Source: Anaerohalosphaeraceae bacterium | GTDB taxonomy: Bacteria > Planctomycetota > Phycisphaerae > Sedimentisphaerales > Anaerohalosphaeraceae | Direction: 5' to 3' | DNA length: 17,686 nt | Assembly (NCBI GenBank): GCA_050309605.1 | Contig: JBNRMN010000047.1 | Location: 1-17,686 of the forward strand | Shown: piece after piece, positions 16,361-17,686 of the stretch | How positions within the stretch are numbered: position 1 is the stretch's first letter | Layout of the letters: each line of letters starts with the position of its first letter | The notes under the pieces: model-generated | What the model was told of the DNA's origin: nothing | The model's database searches: none | Seen by the model: only the letters and a program-made list of their open reading frames with translations | Made by a program: the position numbers and the translations under genes

Positions 16361-17368
16361 TTACTCCAATCCCATGCTCTCCGGCAGGCTGAACAGGAGG
16401 TTCATATTCTGAATGGCCTGGCCGGAGGCGCCTTTGATCAGGTTGTCGATTGCCGAAAAGATGACGACTTTGCCTTTGGCGACCGTGGCGAAAATATGGC
16501 AATAGTTGCTCTGGGCGACGTGCTTGACGACCGGCGGCTTGGACAGCACCTGCACGAACCGCTCGTCTTTGTAAAAGTCCGCATACAATTCCTGCACCTG
16601 TTTTGCGGTCAGGCTGCCGGCCGGGTCGCAATAGACGCTGGACAAAATGCCGCGGTCAAACGGCCCGACGTGCGGCTGAAACAGCAGTTCGACCGGCTCG
16701 CCGGCAACCGCCGAGGCGACCTGTTCCATTTCCGGCATGTGCCGATGGACGCCGATGCCGTAAGGGTAGAGGTTTTCATTCATAAACGGAAAATGAAAAT
16801 TCGGCGACGGGTTCTTGCCGCCGCCGGACACCCCGGTCACCGAGCTGATGACGATGCCGCGGGTCTGGATGAGTTTGTGTTTCAGCAGCGGCGCCAGCGC
16901 CAGCGATGCACCGGTCGGATAGCAGCCGGGATTGGCGATGAGTTTGGCCTTTTTGATATCCTCGCGAAACAGTTCCGGCAGGCCATAGACCGCGTGCTTC
17001 AAATTGTCCCGGTCCGTGTGCGGCACGTAGAATTGTTCATACACGGCCACATCTTGAATGCGATAGTCGGCGCTGAAGTCAATCACTTTAACGCCGGCGT
17101 TGAGCAGTTTCGGTACAAAGCTCATCGACACCTTATGCGGCAGACAGCACAGTGCCACATCAGCCGCCTGAGCCAGCTTTGCCACGTCCAGCGGTTCGAC
17201 CATCATATCCAGCCGTCCGCGAAGCTGCCCGAACAGGTCCGCTACATGGCCGCATTCCTCCGGCAGGGCGGTCAGATAGGTCAGCTTTGCGCTGGGGTGC
17301 CGCAAGATAATGTCAATGGACTCAACGCCCGTATAGCCGCTGGCCCCGATGATGGCCACTCGTACCAT
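16361..17368 (-). CDS. argC: N-acetyl-gamma-glutamyl-phosphate reductase
   Basis: IIGASGYTG, DFSADYR, YGLPEL, IANPGCYPT, GVSGGG and DNLIKGASGQAIQNMN. Confidence 0.97.
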   Translation of the reverse strand: MVRVAIIGASGYTGVESIDIILRHPSAKLTYLTALPEECGHVADLFGQLRGRLDMMVEPLDVAKLAQAADVALCCLPHKVSMSFVPKLLNAGVKVIDFSADYRIQDVAVYEQFYVPHTDRDNLKHAVYGLPELFREDIKKAKLIANPGCYPTGASLALAPLLKHKLIQTRGIVISSVTGVSGGGKNPSPNFHFPFMNENLYPYGIGVHRHMPEMEQVASAVAGEPVELLFQPHVGPFDRGILSSVYCDPAGSLTAKQVQELYADFYKDERFVQVLSKPPVVKHVAQSNYCHIFATVAKGKVVIFSAIDNLIKGASGQAIQNMNLLFSLPESMGLE

Positions 17369-17453
17369 AAAAACTCCCTGTCTATTGTCTGATTAAAAAG
17401 TTGCCGGTTCAATAATTGCCGCTTTCCTGACGTAACGGCGGTATTATGGGAGG

Positions 17454-17482
17454 ATAGTAAGATGTCTTCCGATTGAATGCAA
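17454..17482 (-). promoter_or_regulatory. Putative sigma70 promoter for argC-hydrolase-argJ
   Basis: TTGCAT (17482-17477), 17-bp spacer, TACTAT (17459-17454). Confidence 0.5.
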
Positions 17483-17550
17483 GACAAAAGTTGCGCATCA
17501 ATAAACGAGGGTGTTTTTGCCCTCAACCGTTTTTTGTTCTCAGACAGGGA

Positions 17551-17686
17551 TTATTCCATCAGCCAGTTATCGGCCAGCATCAGCAGATCGAGCAGATCGA
17601 CCACGCCGTCGCCATCAGGAGGCGGGGCGATGTCCGCCGACGGCGTGCCGCCGGCGCCGAGCCACTGGGCGGCCAGCACGGCAAAA
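17551..17686 (-). CDS. 3' end of a protein with a C-terminal dockerin-like (EF-hand) repeat (partial, runs off the window)
   Basis: Manual translation from 17685 gives FAVLAAQWLGAGGTPSADIAPPPDGDGVVDLLDLLMLADNWLME*, with TAA at 17553-17551. Same motif type as the subtilase tail. Confidence 0.85.
   Translation of the reverse strand, partial: FAVLAAQWLGAGGTPSADIAPPPDGDGVVDLLDLLMLADNWLME

Noticed and set aside
9219..17392. Long plus-strand ORFs (e.g. 9219-10121, 11525-12370, 12800-14074, 16331-17392) and similar ones opposite addB and phrB
   Set aside because: Antisense shadows of well-conserved genes, typical of GC-rich codon usage.
17369..17550. ARG box, T-box or riboswitch upstream of argC (also checked upstream of argS)
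   Set aside because: No TGAAT-N4-ATTCA palindrome or T-box motif. The hairpin at ~17412-17446 pairs better on the non-coding strand, and the gaggg/ccctc stem at ~17506-17524 is too weak to call a terminator.

Overview
Bacterial chromosomal segment, GC-rich apart from an AT-richer IS and the intergenic stretches. The paired C-terminal 'D..DG.VD..DL..L...W' dockerin-like repeats suggest Planctomycetota/Phycisphaerae (inference). Positions 1-1886 hold an apparently complete insertion sequence with 18-bp imperfect terminal IRs and an unusually long (488 aa) IS6/IS240-like DDE transposase carrying N-terminal Cys-rich zinc ribbons. Its non-coding ends are highly organised: a second, inner pair of inverted repeats bracketing the transposase gene, a hairpin hiding the start codon, and a ~250-nt 3' end with two long stem-loops and an antisense boxA-like motif. 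After a palindrome-rich spacer come a class II CPD photolyase overlapped by addB (no addA in the window) and a divergent secreted subtilase-dockerin gene broken by one in-frame TAA. The remaining minus-strand genes are housekeeping: yjbQ, argS, rsfS, a K+-dependent membrane pyrophosphatase (hppA) with Na+,H+-PPase-like residues, argJ, a carbon-nitrogen hydrolase, argC, and the 3' end of another dockerin-tailed protein. Short periodic repeats sit directly at or after the stop codons of four different genes.
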